A DNA stretch of 64,000 bases from Chiloscyllium plagiosum (GCF_004010195.1 NC_057711.1:81419366-81483365); one strand, 5' to 3'. Positions 24,131 through 35,730 are shown, counted from the stretch's first letter. Notes: generated by a model from the sequence alone, not told the origin. Translations and numbers: made by a program.

Positions 24131-25759
24131 TTACTCTGAGTTTAAATAACATTGCTGTGAAGATCTGTAGCTTGGTCTGACCAACAACTTCAACCAGAGT
24201 TTAAATAATGTTAGAGAAGCAATTTCAATCGTTATGATGAGTTAACACTTCAAACTCGATCTTGCTGCAGAATGCATTCATTTGATAGTAATCATGTGAA
24301 AAGGCATCAGATAGGAAATCAGGAATCTCCACAAATGATACAAAGTAGGTGTTTGATATATCACAAGCAGATGGGATAAGTCAGGCATTAACTTATTTGC
24401 ATCTAGGTCGAATGCTCAGAATTGATGTTATATTGTACAGAGGCCCTGAAGCAGTTGATCTGATGATTTCCATTGAACTGGAAAGATTTAAAATTTAATG
24501 TTGTTTCTTCAGTGTTATTCTTCAGAGTTGAAAAGAAAAGTGACACCATTCGCAGCAATTTGTGACACAATGCATGCTAGGGAATAACATATATTCAAAT
24601 ATATGACTAATAGTCCTCTACAGTGAAGGAATTTAATATTTTTAGTTTATGTTATGATTGCAACCATTACTTATATCTTTAATTCACCATCAAAAGAGCG
24701 TTCATGACAGACTGTCATTTTTTTGTGAATAAACTGCTGAAAGACACTTTATATTTGGAACACGTGGGAGTCATCTGCCATTTAGACCACAGATAATCTA
24801 TCAGAAACATATGTAGAAAAGCAATTCTGCTTTCTGGTAGCTATGAGCATTTCTTGAAATAATATTTGACTATGTTTGGTCATAACATTTAATGATACAT
24901 ATTTCCTTTCTGTGTTTATTATAACTTAAATACATGAGGCTGTTTTGTCCATAGATTTGTTGGAGATTAACTTTATTGATGAAGGAACTTTTAAATAATT
25001 CAGTGGATTTTACAACACAACTGAGGCAAAATGATTTGTTCATCATTAGCCAATGGATTTGAGAACTTGTTAACAAATTAGTTAATAAACTGGTTATTCA
25101 ACTTGTCAAAAGTGTTTTTATTGAGCAGCTCTGCAGTTCAATGAGTGAATGCATTAGCTACTGTGGTACTGCATCGTATATGTTATAAAGATCCTGGATT
25201 TTCTTTTTGAGATCTCACTTGAAATGGTGTTATGGGAACAGTTAGATTTAATGCTGCTGTGCTGAAGGGAAAATACAGTCAGCCAGAGTTGCTGCTCATT
25301 AAGCTGTGGTCCCATAATGATAACTGTGTAAACATTGAGAGACAACAGGATTCAGCACATTAAAATGTTGTTTGGTATTGATGACTGAGGATGGAATCTT
25401 CCCTTTTGCAGCCTAAGAGGCAGGTCTGGGAAATTGCCTTTTTCTCCCTGAGGATGGGTCGAGTTTTGTCTAATGATCACCAGCAGCTCAGAAAACCAAA
25501 GGGAAAATACAATTTATACCCACATTAACTTTTCCACTCCCATTGGTGAGCAAAAAGAAAAACTTGCTATGTGAAGAATGTTAACGGTATGAGGTTGAGC
25601 ACCTTCCATACAGAACTAAGCACAGCTCGGAAAAGTATCCTGCATATTGTTCCAACTACAAGGCCAAAAGTCAGCAATCTGATCATCGTACTTCCACCAC
25701 AGTGACAGAGGGAATATGACCAAACAGCATCTTGCTCTTCCTCTCCTTCCTTGCCTTAT

Positions 25760-26045
25760 GGGTAGCACGGTGGCACAGTGGTTAGCACTGCTGCCTCACA
25801 GCGCCAGAGACCCGGGTTCAATTCCTGCCTCAGGCAACTGACTGTGTTGAGTTTGCACATTCTCCCCGTGTCTGTGTGGGTTTCCTCCGGGTGCTCTGGT
25901 TTCCTCCCACAGTCCAAAAAAAAATGTGCAGGTCAGGTGAATTGTAGTGTTAGATGTAGGGGAATGGGTCTGGGTCGGTGCGTTTCGGCGGGTCAGTGTG
26001 GACTTGGTGGGCCAAAGGGCCTGTTTCCACACTGTAAGTAATCTT
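25760..26045 (+). mobile_element. HE1-type SINE
   Basis: GGTGGCACAGTGGTTAGCACTGCTGCCTCACAGCGCCAGAGACCCGGGTTCAATTCC...CCACACTGTAAG. Confidence 0.93.
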
Positions 26046-26569
26046 AAAAAAAAGTATTGATTTGGATACATTGAATTAATTGACTTTTTATAACCATGAG
26101 CACCTCTGGAACAAAGTAACAAACGATAAAAGGGAAGCTAGTGTGTAACTAGTGAGTTGTTTTCTAATTCAATCGTAATTAACATTGTAGATGGATTAAA
26201 TACATATTTCAAAGGCTAACAAGTAAGGACAATGATGACTTGAATAACATATAAATGAAAACATCATTAAAATGTAATAGTGTTTTGTCCTGGTTTATGT
26301 AGCATATATTCTATTCAAGTGTCTACAAATTTTTGCATTACAATTCATCTGGCTCACTAATATCCTTCCGGGGAGGAAATGTATCATTTTTACCAACTCT
26401 GTACTACACATGAATCCAGATCCACAGTAATGAGTTTGTGTCTTCATTACTCTCCTAATGGTGCAGGCAATTTTAGGTGTTGTAGAGCATGAGGACTGTG
26501 TTGTAACAGAGATAGAGTGAATGTAGGGTAGCAGCAAGAAAAGGGTGGCACTTTCTCTGGTTGAACGGA

Positions 26570-26770
26570 AAGCTCATTGTCCTGCTTGCAGCAGTGTTGA
26601 CCATTCCTGCCAACCTCACTAACGTTGGTGTGACCCCAGACCAAGGACTGGTGGTATGGTCTCTTCTGCTGGTCCTTAGGGAAAGAGCATCCCTCCTCTG
26701 CATTACCCTGTCCACCAGAGGGGTCCCATTTCCCATCAGAGAAATGCACGACATCTTCCCCTTTTCCAAC
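26570..26770 (-). pseudogene. Harbinger-type Myb/SANT ORF remnant
   Basis: Joining two frames gives HFSD...LVDRVMQRRDAL/FPKDQQKRP...W...RNGQHCCKQDNEL, resembling the Myb-like protein of Harbinger elements. Confidence 0.5.
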
Positions 26771-27670
26771 ATTTTTACACTGTGACCATCACCAAGCATG
26801 GCAGCTTCAAAATGCCAGTGGTCATCTGGGTGCACAACAACCTTTTAAATGTAATGCCAGGATTGCTGTTTTTTTGGTAGATATCCAGTGAGTGGGAAGT
26901 AATTCTGGGAAGTGCATGATGAGAAAGGCATGTGAGATGAGGAATATCTTGGAGCAGAGGTGATCATTAATGAGCTACATTTTGTAAGCTACAGCAAGAA
27001 ACTTCACCATGTATCATTGCAATACACTATCCAAAAAACCTGACACAACTCACACTTATCCAAAATATGTAAAATTCAGTCCAAAGTTGTTCATGATCCC
27101 AGGACATCTCAAAGCATTTTACAGAGAATTCGTTTTGAAGTGGAGTCATTAATGTAATGAAGGAAATTTGGCAAACAGATTACTCACAACAAACAACTGA
27201 GAAAGTGATCAGAGCCAAGACACCTGAGTGAATTCCCCTGCTCTGCTTTGAGATAGCATCATAGCATGTTTTCCATCCACCTAAGAGATGGTTTCAATGT
27301 AATGATTCACATGAAAAACATCTCATAAAACTTGAATGGCATTACAATCTAGCTTAATGTAATAAATATTGATTACACAAGCATGTTAAAAATTAATCAG
27401 GTAAGATTTTATGAATGGAGGTACTAAACAGAATTACATATGAGAACAGCATAGAAACATGCCATTCAATCCATTCCGTCTATCTCATTATTTATGTTAC
27501 AGGCTCAAGGCTCCATTCCCTCCCTCCAATAGGCTCAGCAATCTTTCCCTTAAGATATGCATCAACACAGCTTGTTTCATTTATTCTCTACAGAAGCAAG
27601 TTCCACTCTGTCACTACCCTTTTAGTGAAGTTTCTTCTATTAGGTCACCCCTTGATTTTTGTTTCAACAG

Positions 27671-27860
27671 AAAAGACTCAGCCTGATCATCCTTTCCTGA
27701 CATGTATAAAAGACTCAGCTAGATCATCCTTTCCTGACATATACAAAAGACTCAGCTAGATCATCCTTTCCTGACATGTATAAAAGATCCAGCCAAATCA
27801 TCCTTTCCTGACATGTATTAAAAACTCAGCGAGATCATCCTTTCCTGACATGTATAAAAG
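27671..27860 (+). repeat. 37-bp minisatellite, about 5 copies
   Basis: Unit GACTCAGCTAGATCATCCTTTCCTGACATGTATAAAA with no spacers. Confidence 0.95.
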
Positions 27861-28046
27861 GTTGATGTGGAAGCTAAGAGAATGTACCACTGGAATTAAA
27901 ACCAAATGGAGGAGAGAATTGGGGATTCTGGTGTGATTGAAAAAAAAACAGAACCCAGAAAAATGTATGGAGTCTTCAAACAAATGGGTGTCAGTTTAAC
28001 AATTAATTAATCTTCAATTATTGAGTATTGTTATAAATGTTTATAA

Positions 28047-28245
28047 TACAGCAGTTCTGATATAACGCAGTAGTGCTGTTCTCGTGCAATTTCATGTTTA
28101 TAAGAAAATTCTGCAATAGCTGTGCCATTTAAATTAATAGGGCCAGAATTGCATTATAGCCAATACAGGTAAGGAAGGCTCATGTTCTACAAATAATGGT
28201 CTAAATTCTTCAATCATGCAAAGCCAAGTCGCGTTGTTATACCAG
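28047..28245. mobile_element. Left part of a Tc1/pogo-type MITE split by the ERV (right tip at 35237-35252)
   Basis: Left terminus CAGCAGTTCTGATATAACG is complementary to the rejoined right terminus GTTAT-AGCAGAACTGACTG-TA. Confidence 0.7.
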
Positions 28246-28670
28246 TGTCAGGGAAATTATCTAGTCTGAGACTCTGAGTGTCATTTCAAGAAGCTTTATT
28301 TTTCGTGAATTTACAGAGAGGTTGCTACAGTCTTCACTGTCTCACAGCACTCTCTCAAACTGAACAGTCAGCCTATACTTATACAATGATACAAACAACT
28401 TTGCTTACATTCCACACTTTACCATAATTCAAGATAAAGATAAGCACAGTGCAGCTATCACATTTGTTCTTTGATGTTGCTCAACGACAGAGAAGCTAAT
28501 GAGCTTAAGATACACTCCCTATATTTTGTCAAACTGTAATTACACAACATCAGCCTTCATCTCTAGCAGTATTTTTCCACTAAAGTTGTGAGCCTGAGAG
28601 TCAAGATACCTTTTAGCTTGGTCAAATATCCCATCATGCAGGAGTATGCTACGTTACTATTACTTCCACA
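28246..28670 (-). repeat. ERV 3' LTR (425 bp)
   Basis: Minus strand TGTGGAAG...CCCTGACA; AATAAA on minus at about 28296-28301; preceded by PPT AAAAAGGAAGGAAA (28671-28684). Confidence 0.92.
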
Positions 28671-28720
28671 TTTCCTTCCTTTTTGATCTTCCAGATAAAC
28701 ACCTCAGTTTATCAACTGGC

Positions 28721-30665
28721 TCATCTAAAAAAAGGGGATGCATATCTTTCTGTAAGAGGGCGCATACTCATACACACTTGTTCATCATAGAGGTCATCAA
28801 GGGATAAGGTCCAGTAGATACTCACCAGTTTTGGAGCAGAAAATGTGGTAGGAACAAACTGTGCACAACAACAGTCAACAGTTCTCCATATGATACAAAG
28901 TATCAGGAATATGATAGTAAAGGGGATGAGCCACATGCCTAAGGAGAATCCCCACTTACCTAGCCAGGCAACATCAAAGGACCACCCAAAATGAAAAGGG
29001 GAGCCAATTTTTTGAATTCTGTGTGAATGGGAGTCACCAAATTGGAGACATTTTACAGTTGTCTGGTATGTAGGTACAGCATTCCTGCCCAAGAACAGCA
29101 CAAGTGCTACCCTCTTTTTGGATAATAGAAAATCCAAGGCCAAGCAGTTCTGAAGGGCTATTGTTCTAACTGCGACTAACTCAGCATTGATCTCAGTCAG
29201 GACCTCAGTGATATCATTGGTGACAGTTTCCAATACTTTTTTTAATTGGTTCAATTCTTGGGAATACAGATAGATTCCAATAGAAGAAGAAGACATCTCA
29301 ACCCAGGTGAGGAATCCAGTGAGGGATCTCTTGGGCTTCAGGTAACCTAGCCAAAACTCTAATGTGAGGTACTATATATCCAATATAACACGACTCTCTC
29401 CAATCTGAGGGAAGCCAAGGTTAGGCCTTAAGACCATAAATAAAAAAGGTATCATTGCAGGAAGTTAACTTGGAATCTCGGTCCCTTCGCAACTTGGGAC
29501 CTGAATCTTTCCACAGGGAGCCTGATGTCTTTATTAAGGACACCAGACCAATTAAAAGAAAAGTGACCTTGGTTCGTCAAATTTTAGATAGGTTCAATGC
29601 AGAGGATAACAAAAGGATATTGACTAGATCCTATGTAAGTGCCAGTAGTGATGTTCCCTTGTCGTGTGAAGCAAATGGTGTTGCTAACGATGTTGTTAAA
29701 GATTACAAGAAAAAGGGGCATATGGGATCTGTTATAGTCGAGTCCATACCAATCTCAGAATCGGGAGAGATTAAACCCTGCTGACTTCCATTCCTGCATG
29801 CCCTCAGAAATATCAGGTTCGCCTGAAGAGTTTCAACCTATAAGCCATTCTGCAACTTCTGGCCAGCGAAAGGAAATGGGCCACAAAGGGATGCTCTGCT
29901 GTGAATGGGTTGGCATATGGACACATACCCAACAGTCAGTTTCTTTTCCAGACATATGGATGCTTTGATAAGCCAGATACAAAAAAAGTGTTGGGGGGAA
30001 TTGATCATCTTAGTCACTTTATTCTCATATCAGAGAGGATGCCATTTCTCTGTGCCATACTCTCTGGCACCTGAGGCTTCCCAAAAAGCCAAACCCGAGT
30101 TGTCAGGCATCAGTGCAAGGGGTTTTGTCCAGGAGTAGTATACACTCTGCCTCCCTGACTGCTGTTTTGACAAACCCAGTGTGTCATATAAGAATTGTTG
30201 ACGATCTCAGTATGGGATCAGGCATAATTCAGAACGTATCTCTGTATGACACATGCCTGCAACCTGCCCCCTCCTTTCACACACTTGCTAGAAAATTCTT
30301 TTTGATTCCATATCTTCCCCTATGGTGTATTCCTTGCAGGTCATGATCTCCCCTCTCGTCCCCGAGAAGTGTTACAAGGGAATCCTGGAAAATCTGCCAG
30401 ACAGCGAAGGCTTAATTTACATTGCAAAGTTTCTAATTTTTTTTTAACCTCCAACTGCAGTGAAGGGAAGATGGCTAATTCTCCCCAGACCCTGATCCAT
30501 TCCTTGCATATTCTGACTAAAAACAGCATTAGAGCGCAATACACATTGTATTATGTCATCATTACAGGTCCTTTGGGCACGCCCATCACAAGGCCATACA
30601 TCTCTAGCTTCAGTCGTTCGCAAGCTGAGGAGGCCCAGGAATAGCATCCACAGGGTTCTCATCAT
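28721..30665 (-). pseudogene. env: Retroviral env, gamma-type, disrupted
   Basis: Signal-like MMRTLWMLFLGLLSL; TDCWVC (about 29923-29940); furin site KPKR/SLTG (about 29315-29337); ISD LQNCLALDFLL; frameshifted CAVLGQECC (CX6CC); TM WLIPFTIIFLILCII. Confidence 0.9.
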
Positions 30666-30689
30666 TCACTTTAGTAGTTGCCATGTTGG

Positions 30690-31570
30690 TGGGGTTATGT
30701 CTTTTACAGTTGGTCATGTGCACCCACTCCTTACCTCCTTCTAATTTAATGGCGGTTTGGATGGTCAGCAGCAGTTGATACAGTCCCTTCCACCTAGGAG
30801 AGAGAGAGCCTTTGTTAAGAGACTTAACATACATTAAATCGGCAGGTCTGAAATGGTGTGTGTTTGATCCATGGGGTTTTGACTGGGCCTCTATTACCTT
30901 TGAATGACTTACCAGGGCCACTTTGCTCAGGGCTTGGGCATATTGTAGGGTTTTCTCATCTACCCACATCAGGGCTATTTCTGATGTAGACAGAGGGGGT
31001 CGGTTACCTGTATTCATGGGTCTTCCTATTAGAGTTTCAAACAGGGCTAGACCAGTGGTTCTATTAACTTGGTTTCAGAGGGTGTATAGGTAATAGGCAA
31101 GGCTTCTGGCCATTTTAGTCCAATTTCCTGGTAAGTCTTTGCAAGGGTATTTTTTTAGCATCCCGTTAGTTCATTCCCAAGGTCTGGGGTTGACAGGGGA
31201 TATGAACCTTCCACACAAATCCCAATACTGCACACAATGCTGTTACTATTTTCCTAGTAAAGTGGATACCTCATCACTATTCATTTGTCCCGGTATTCCA
31301 AATTGGGGGATTATATCTTTCATAAAACATTTTACACCTGTTCAGGCATCATCCCTTCTGGTGGGAAATGTCTCTCATCAGCTAGAGAACACAACCACTA
31401 TAACCAGTACGTATTTAAACCCTCCTGAGGGAGTCATATGGACAAGATCAATCTGCAAATTTCCAAATGTCTCTTAAAGGGTAGATAGATGATCAAAATG
31501 TGCAGGTGTTCTTCCTCTTATTGTACTGTTGGCAAATAACACATATTTTGGCTATTTGTTTTAAAATAGT
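30690..31570 (-). pseudogene. pol: Retroviral integrase, disrupted
   Basis: LQIDLVHM...FKYVLVIV; KDIIPQFGIPGQMNSD; LSPRWKGLYQLLLT...WVH (GPY/F module). Confidence 0.9.
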
Positions 31571-31599
31571 CAACAGAGTTCTTCTGCATTTGCCAGCAG

Positions 31600-32038
31600 T
31601 ACAATACAACCAGTTTCGCAGGGTCAGAGCACTGCATCAGCAAATTCAGGTCCAGCACCACACGGTGATCAGGGAGCTCCAAGAACAGGTCCTGAACAGA
31701 ACAGTGGATCAAAGCATTGAGTTTACACAGGACTTGGTGACACATGGTAACATGGAAACAGGTGAATTCTTGGCAATGACAAATGACTTCCCTACCTGGA
31801 GCTGACCTACCTGAATGAGAACAGGTTGGGAGAGTGATTTCTGCTATACCGACAGTGAAGACAGTTTCAGTGCCTATCAGAGGTTCCACTGAGGAGTGCA
31901 CAGATGAAATAGTCGCGCCGGAGTCGACTAATACCTTAACACACTACCCTGAACATCAATTTCCATCACTGGGTCTTCGAGGGGAGAAGAAGATAGCTGG
32001 ATCAAGGCAGCCTGTACCGATAACCCCTCGTGGCACCC
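31600..32038 (-). pseudogene. pro: Retroviral aspartic protease
   Basis: EDPVMEIDVQG, then after a 1-nt shift VKVLVDSGATISSV (about 31900-31940), then LCKLNALIHC. Confidence 0.85.
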
Positions 32039-33859
32039 CTATTGTGTAGTCTGGAAGGGATCAGGGAGTGCAAATTTGGGGCAGGGACAGAGAGCTGAAT
32101 TCCTGCAGTTAGGAGGAGCAGCCAACTGCACCCGACAATTTCTAGCCCAATGACCCTTCCAACCAGCTCCTGCCCCCCATCTAACTGTGGTGAGTAATAT
32201 CTTTGGGGCCTTTTGTCATCAGATTGGTGATATTGGACAAATTGGCCCTTGAAACCTTTAGACCTCTGATTGAATAGGCCTTGTCAGTCCATATTAGTGA
32301 AGGAGGTAACTACAACTGCCCCAATTCTGCTGTTGCCGGGTGAGATTGGTAAACTTGAAGCCTGAGCTATCTGGGACTCAACACAATTTAATAGAGTCCA
32401 TACCGCCAAAGGATTGTTTCCTTCCAGAGGCATCCGCAGATGATTCCCACGTGTCCTTTAAACAGGCAACTAAATCAACAAGGCATCAAGTGACCTCTCC
32501 AAAGTCGTTATGCTGTCTGGCGCCATTTGAGATGGCCTGCACAGTTCGGTCTGGAGCCAATTGATCTGGAGGATATTTCTTGATCCTCTGTGGGTTCCTC
32601 TATTCAATCCCCATTTTCCCCAGCTGGGACAGAAAAAGATTCCTTAACAGCTGCCCAGGAGGTGCCATATGCAACTTTGCATAGGAAAACATCTCCGGGT
32701 AAAGGGTTATAAATCTGGCAGGTTTGGACAGCAGCAGGGTGGCTCAGTGGTTAGCACTACTGCCTCACAGCACCAGAGGTCTGGGTTCGATTCCATCCTT
32801 GAGTGACTGTGTGGAGTTTGCACATTCCCCCCATGTCTGTGTGGGTTTCCTCAGGTGCTCTGGTATCCTCCCACAGTCCAAAGATGTGCAGGTTAGGTGT
32901 ATTAGCCTGGGGAAATATTGGGAAATGGGTCTGGGTGGGTTACTCTTTGGAGGGTCAGTGTTTACTTATTGGACCAAATTGCCTGTTTCCACACTGCAGG
33001 GATTCTGGACCAGCCAGAACGGATTTGGCTTCTTCAATGGGTAGGGGCTTCATTGATCATGCTTCTAACCTCAGAGGGGGACCAAGGCTTCAGGACAGCT
33101 ATATCACCGACAATCAGTTGGAACAGTTGGGTGACGGGAAGGGTTGGAACATGAAGATTCATTTGCATCAGAGGTGGCAGAGAGCATCCCAGATGCCATA
33201 TCTGGGCGACATATTTTAGTCTGACTCTGAGTCTGTATTTTATTGGGTTGGGTAAAGTCAGGTGGGACTGTAAGCAGCCCAGTGGCATGGACTACATCCT
33301 GATAATGTGAGGTTGAAGAGGCCGGGGCGGCTGTTTTCGCACAGCTGCTGACAGGAGATGTTCTCCATAACTGTATCCTCCTGACATTCAAGCCACGGAT
33401 ATAGCCCCATCGAGGCTCTGAAAATTGTCTCTTTCTGTGCACCAGCATCTTACTTAGGTTTAGGTTTGGGAGGTTGATGATGCTTATCAACCTCTAACCA
33501 TTTAATGAAACAATGCATCAAATAACCTGTGACTCAAGTGGGATCACCACCTCCTTCCTGAGTGATTTCTTGCCATTCCTTAATTTTACTGAAGTCAAAT
33601 GAGCCTCCTCAGGACCAACGGCCCTGAGACCATCCATAAAGATCACTACAGAAACAAATGACACGCCTGGAATCTCGTGTTTCATGGAGTACCATATCCG
33701 TCCGTGATCCCAGGAGAACAATGAGATCTCCTACCTATTGCCATGATCTTATCACCTCAAATGTCTTTGTTTTGTTCGCTTTTCCATCTTTGGGCCATCT
33801 TCTGGGTGCCTCACATCTGCGTTTGTGGAGAAGTACTGACTGCTGGCTTGATTTCCCAT
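32039..33859 (-). pseudogene. gag: Retroviral gag, disrupted
   Basis: Starts MGNQASS at 33859 (myristoylation-type); W..GGSFDF matrix motif; KGHWARNC partial zinc knuckle; ends CAA TAG GGG. Confidence 0.8.
32728..33005 (+). mobile_element. HE1-type SINE inserted in gag
   Basis: GGTGGCTCAGTGGTTAGCACT...GGTTCGATTCC...CCACACTGCAGGGATTCT. Confidence 0.9.
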
Positions 33860-34262
33860 TTCTGTAATCTACAAAGAGATATCAACCACCAAGGAAGGAA
33901 AAGGAGAGAGAAAAAAATAAAAGTGGTGCCTGCATGCGCTGACCTACTATAAGTGTTCACCAGTGTTCCTCTTTTGTCCACAAGATCTCGAGGACTCAAG
34001 CCTATTTCAATTGGGTAGCTACCAATTCTTAGTCTCTCTCACTGCCCTGATAAGTTTAGTCTTCTTCACAATCTTGCCTCAACCTTTCGGCAGTCTTGGC
34101 TCGGCTGGAGCCACCAGCCCGACACCAGATGGTCTCTACAACATCCCCCCCCCCCCCCCCCCCATGAGGGGAGCACTAGGCCCAGCCCCCCTTTCATTAG
34201 GACTGTCCCATGCACTAGTTTCATTACTTCTTCCTTTTTTTTTGGATCCCATATTAATTGGG

Positions 34263-34281
34263 ATCCTGCCTGACTATGCCA
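34263..34281 (-). promoter_or_regulatory. Primer-binding site, tRNA-Ser-like
   Basis: TGGCATAGTCAGGCAGGAT versus the tRNA-Ser complement TGGCGTAGTCGGCAGGAT; starts 5 nt inside the LTR boundary. Confidence 0.8.
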
Positions 34282-34430
34282 GATTCTGTTGAAGAAAAGA
34301 CTTAGTCTGAGACTTTGAGTCTTGTTTCAAGAAGCTTTATTTTTCATGAATTTACGGACAAGCTGCTGCAGTCTTCACTGTCTCCCAGCACTCTCTCGGG
34401 CTGAACAGTCAGCCTATACTTATACATGAT

Positions 34431-34614
34431 GTGGAAATGACGATGTTGGACTGGGGTGGACAAAGTTAAAAATCACACAACACCGGGTTATAGTACAGGT
34501 TTATTTGGAAGCACTGCTCCTTCATCATCTGATGAAAGCTCTGGAAGCTCTGAAAGCTAGTGCTCCAAATAAACCTGTTAGACTTTAACCTGGTGTTGTG
34601 TGATTTTTAACTTT
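34431..34614. mobile_element. Hairpin mini-element from the Penelope family C terminus
   Basis: Arms 34462-34515 and 34559-34614 are inverted; hammerhead half-motifs lie in the centre; degenerate TSD atacttata/acacttata. Confidence 0.85.
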
Positions 34615-34730
34615 ACACTTATATAATTATACAAACAACTTTGTTTACATTCCACACTTTACAATAATTCTAGATAAAAATAAGCACAGTGCAGCTATCA
34701 TCTTTGTTCTTTCTCAAGGACAGAGAAACT

Positions 34731-35035
34731 AGATTTAGATGAGATTCCCTACAGTATGGAAATAGGCCCTTCGGCCCAACAAGTCCACACTGACCTACTG
34801 AAGAGCAACTCACCCCGACCCTATATTTACCCCTGATGAGTGCACCTAACACTATGGGCAATTTAGCATGGCCAATTCACCTGACCTGCGCATCTTTAGA
34901 TTGAGGGAGGAACCCCATGCAGACAGAGGGAGAATGTGCAAATTCCACACAGACAGTCGTCCGAGGTAGGAATCAAACCCAGGACCCTGGCACTGTGAGG
35001 CAGCAGTGCTAACCACTGAGCCACTGTGCCACCCT
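34731..35035 (-). mobile_element. HE1-type SINE inside the 5' LTR
   Basis: Full tRNA head, V-domain and tail on the minus strand. Confidence 0.92.
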
Positions 35036-35394
35036 AAAGGTGAGTTAAAGATGTACTCCCTCGAATGAGCTTAAGATACACTCCCTATGTTTTGTCAAAC
35101 TATAATTACACAACCTCAGTCTTTATATCTAGCAGTATTTTTCCACTAAAGCTGCAAGCCTGAGAGCCAGCATACATTTCACCTTGATCAAATATCCCAT
35201 CATGCAGCAGTGCGCTAAATTCTTACTACTTCCACAAGCAGAACTGACTGTAGTTCTATTATTTGGAAAATTGGGTTCTGAAGTGAACAGAACTATGTAA
35301 ACTTCAGATTTATGTTATATGTGACTTAAAAAAGGAATGACTTAAATTAATTTTTGAGATTTTCCCTTTCAGGAATTCTTTTTTGCTTGTGTGA

Positions 35395-35730
35395 AGTGTG
35401 GTGGTGCAGTCATAATGTCATTGGATTAGTAATCCAGGCAAATAGTCTGGGAACATGGCTTCAGATCTAACAATGGCAGATGATAAAATCCCAATTCAAA
35501 AAAAATCTGGAATATAAAACTAACTCAAGTTTTGCCACTGTCGTTTATTGTCAAAGCTCATTTCATTCATTAAAGGGAAATCAGCCACCTCCTTGTCTTG
35601 TCGACATATGACTCCAGATCAATGGCAATGTGATTAACTCTTAACAATCTCTCAAATGTCCCACTAGGAATAAGCAATAAATACTGACTTTTCCAGCAAA
35701 GCCAGCATCTCATGAACAAATTCTTAAAAA
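35395..35730 (+). mobile_element. tRNA-derived SINE sharing its 3' tail with the L2-like LINE
   Basis: Homologous to 39998-40332 and 57830-58050 (ggattagtaatccagg...gactccaga...gccagc). Confidence 0.7.

Larger units (their letters stand above)
28246..35236 (-). mobile_element. Endogenous retrovirus (class I, gamma/epsilon-like), RT/RNase H-deleted provirus
   Basis: Two LTRs with TG...CA ends; flanks ACCAG/AGCAG; PBS, PPT, gag, pro, IN and env motifs in retroviral order. Confidence 0.92.
34287..35236 (-). repeat. ERV 5' LTR, interrupted by a PLE-C hairpin and an HE1 SINE
   Basis: 34287-34430, 34615-34730 and about 35062-35236 align with 28246-28670. Confidence 0.92.

Noticed and set aside
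25760..25830. tRNA gene
   Set aside because: The A/B boxes run into the HE1 body and tail and recur in eight copies; these are SINE heads
27671..27860. CRISPR-like 37-bp repeats
   Set aside because: Units are directly adjacent with no unique spacers, there are no cas genes, and the context is vertebrate
28721..29296. Domesticated syncytin-like env gene
   Set aside because: A frameshift lies between the ISD and CX6CC, and SU is broken into several short ORFs
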